Of a stretch of DNA of 64,000 nt, positions 62,500 to 64,000 are shown piece by piece. Below the pieces are notes generated by a model. That model searched no databases and was not told where the DNA came from. It saw only the letters and a program-made list of their open reading frames with translations. A program made the translations under genes and the position numbers. The DNA lies in the IMG/VR virus record IMGVR_UViG_3300016665_000195, positions 2,150 through 66,149 of that record; one strand, given 5' to 3'. Each line of letters starts with the position of its first letter. Position 1 is the first letter of the stretch. This DNA comes from a virus (taxonomy: Duplodnaviria > Caudoviricetes).

Positions 62500-62682
62500 C
62501 TATCGGCGCGAATCATCGTCAGGCTCATCCCGTGAGCCACGGTCGTGGTGGGGCTTGGTGGGGGTGGGCTTCTGCACCACGGGTACAGGTTCCGCGGGGG
62601 GCGGAAGGTTGTACGTCGTCGACTCGTCGCCGCACGCGGCAAGGATCAGGACGACGGGAGCCAAGTATCGGATGGTGTTCAT
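62500..62682 (-). CDS. small Pro-rich lipoprotein
   Basis: MNTIRYLAPVVLILAA|C lipobox; mature part is short and rich in Pro and charged residues. Confidence 0.75.
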   Translation of the reverse strand: MNTIRYLAPVVLILAACGDESTTYNLPPPAEPVPVVQKPTPTKPHHDRGSRDEPDDDSRR

Positions 62683-62687
62683 GTCGC

Positions 62688-62873
62688 TCAGTTCGGTTTT
62701 TTGGGGAGGGGTGCCCACGCGACCAGATTGCTGTCGTCTCGCCAGTCGCCGAGAACGGCCACGCCCCCGGAGGTTAGCAGCAAGAGCTTCACACCACGGG
62801 GCGGCGGGTCAGCGATCGGATCCCGGTAGGTAGCGTCGCCCGTCGCAGCGGGCATGATGCGGTTCTCGCTCAT
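62688..62873 (-). CDS. small phage protein (DUF551-like)
   Basis: PPPRGVKLLLL...GDW...VAWAPLPK. Confidence 0.75.
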   Translation of the reverse strand: MSENRIMPAATGDATYRDPIADPPPRGVKLLLLTSGGVAVLGDWRDDSNLVAWAPLPKKPN

Positions 62874-63040
62874 CGCCGGTCCGGAGGGTCCGAAGTGAAG
62901 TAAATGTTGACGATTAGCCCGCACTCCTTGGCGATCTTGGCAAGCTGTTCGATGGTGGTGTTGCGCTGATCCTCAACCGCATCAGCTAGCCTGCGAAGCG
63001 CCGCGGCATAAGGGTCGATGTGTTTCCCGTCGATCTTCAT
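62870..63040 (-). CDS. hypothetical protein
   Basis: MKIDGKHIDPY...; ATGA overlaps. Confidence 0.6.
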   Translation of the reverse strand: MKIDGKHIDPYAAALRRLADAVEDQRNTTIEQLAKIAKECGLIVNIYFTSDPPDRR

Positions 63041-63297
63041 CGCTGCTTCCATCCATACTCAGGGTTGGTTTCCGCCAGCCACAGGCGGGCTTCCCGTGCG
63101 GTGCAGCCGCGCTCCTTCTGCACCTGCTCGACCAGCTTGGCACGCTGGCGCTTGCGTTCGTACGCTTGTGCCTTGTTCCGCTCGATGGCAGCGATGGCGT
63201 ACGCACGAATCTGGCTCTCTATGAACAGTGGTCCGGTGTAGTCGGCCGGAAGTTCGTGCGGTTCGTACCCTTGTGGCAGCGGTGGCAGGTCGTCCAT
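63037..63297 (-). CDS. hypothetical protein (DLPPLP...YAIAAIER module)
   Basis: MDDLPPLPQGY...RAYAIAAIERNKA. Confidence 0.7.
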   Translation of the reverse strand: MDDLPPLPQGYEPHELPADYTGPLFIESQIRAYAIAAIERNKAQAYERKRQRAKLVEQVQKERGCTAREARLWLAETNPEYGWKQR

Positions 63298-63530
63298 CAC
63301 TTCCCCTCCAGTGCTGCGCGCAGTGCGTCCCGAGCCTGCTGCGTCTCGGCCCATGTGCGCGTGAACGATAGCGCCTCCAGCGCCATCCTCGCCGCCTCGC
63401 GCAGCCTGTCGTCGGGCGTTCGCGCCTTATACCGCTCGATGGCAGCGATGGCGTACTTGCGCATATCTTCCGCGGTGTAGTCGTTGCCCGGCATCTGCGG
63501 GTACGGCAGGGGTGGGAGGTCGTAAATCAT
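63297..63530 (-). CDS. hypothetical protein (DLPPLP + LREAA...ALEGK modules)
   Basis: MIYDLPPLPYP...KYAIAAIERYKA...LREAARMALEAL...ARDALRAALEGK. Confidence 0.7.
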   Translation of the reverse strand: MIYDLPPLPYPQMPGNDYTAEDMRKYAIAAIERYKARTPDDRLREAARMALEALSFTRTWAETQQARDALRAALEGK

Positions 63531-63934
63531 TTGCCTTCCAGTGCAGTGCGCAGCGCGTCGCGGGCGGCGTCGACCTTATTCGCATACTCATGCCACGACG
63601 CCTCGGCCTCGGCGTCCGCGATCAATGTCAGCGCTTTTTCTGCCGCCTCGCGCAGCGCATCGGGTGCGGGCTGCGGGGCAATGTAAAGCGGCTCTAATGC
63701 TACGGCGTATGGCGGCGGATTGCTGTGCGTCAGCATCCAATTGCTGATGCGGCCGTCATCGAGCCGAGCCTTCCATCGCCACGCCACCGGCTCCTGCTCT
63801 GCTGGCTGCTCTGCCAGCGCGGCGCGGAGGGCGGCGCGTGCTGCCTTCCTCGTGCGAACCCAGTCGGCATAGTCTGCTGGCTCTTTCTCCAGCGCCTCCA
63901 GCGCCTGCTGCGCCGCGTCTCTGAGTTTGCTCAT
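63527..63934 (-). CDS. hypothetical protein (EPVAW module)
   Basis: LRDAAQQALEAL...QEPVAW...PLYIAPQP...LREAAEKAL...ARDALRTALEGK. Confidence 0.75.
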   Translation of the reverse strand: MSKLRDAAQQALEALEKEPADYADWVRTRKAARAALRAALAEQPAEQEPVAWRWKARLDDGRISNWMLTHSNPPPYAVALEPLYIAPQPAPDALREAAEKALTLIADAEAEASWHEYANKVDAARDALRTALEGK

Positions 63935-64000
63935 GCCATCACCCTCCCCACATAAAAACCAAGCCCGATCAGCATGGCGGCCAGCACGATCACGGTGATC
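63931..64000 (-). CDS. 3' end of a membrane protein (partial)
   Basis: ...ITVIVLAAMLIGLGFLCGRVMA*; ATGA overlap with the next gene. Confidence 0.5.
   Translation of the reverse strand, partial: ITVIVLAAMLIGLGFYVGRVMA

Noticed and set aside
1-64000. Stop-codon reassignment
   Set aside because: TAA, TAG and TGA all terminate well-supported genes (e.g. TAG at 29099 and 38925); the TAG in the HNH is not rescued by readthrough
1-64000. Integrase/att site, tRNA genes, phage RNA polymerase
   Set aside because: None recognised; lifestyle cannot be settled because the genome may extend beyond the window

Overview
The window covers most of a GC-rich tailed dsDNA phage genome of podovirus-like organisation, probably circularly permuted. 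The host is likely a Gram-negative proteobacterium (inferred from sigma70 promoters, a lipobox protein and a GH108 endolysin). There are three blocks. (1) 1-9.2 kb, minus strand: early/accessory genes (DUF3150-like, metallopeptidase-VWA, MoxR-type AAA+ ATPase, two NinX/DUF2591-like paralogues, Gp88-like), driven by sigma70 promoters carrying TTGAC-N3-GTCAA boxes. (2) 9.5-49.6 kb, plus strand: terminase, portal, GroES, scaffold, gpT-type major capsid, head spikes/fibres, two depolymerase-like spikes, adaptor/nozzle, lysis genes and ejection proteins, including an 1874-aa polyvalent protein. (3) 49.6-64 kb, minus strand: primase-helicase, HTH, SSB-like, SNF2 helicase, Cas4-like nuclease, family A DNA polymerase, VRR-NUC, ThyX and small genes. 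Top observation: the polymerase carries a 308-aa intein with a complete HNH endonuclease gene nested inside it in the +1 frame, with its own Shine-Dalgarno site. Other highlights are an RBS-bearing overprinted ORF inside the giant ejection protein, a pseudoknot RNA element that could occlude a Shine-Dalgarno site downstream of the capsid gene, a shared promoter/operator architecture, and a recurrent [YFLM]-[AK]-x-GG motif. I saw no integrase, tRNA, CRISPR array or reverse transcriptase. Family names come from motif recognition by eye, not from database searches.
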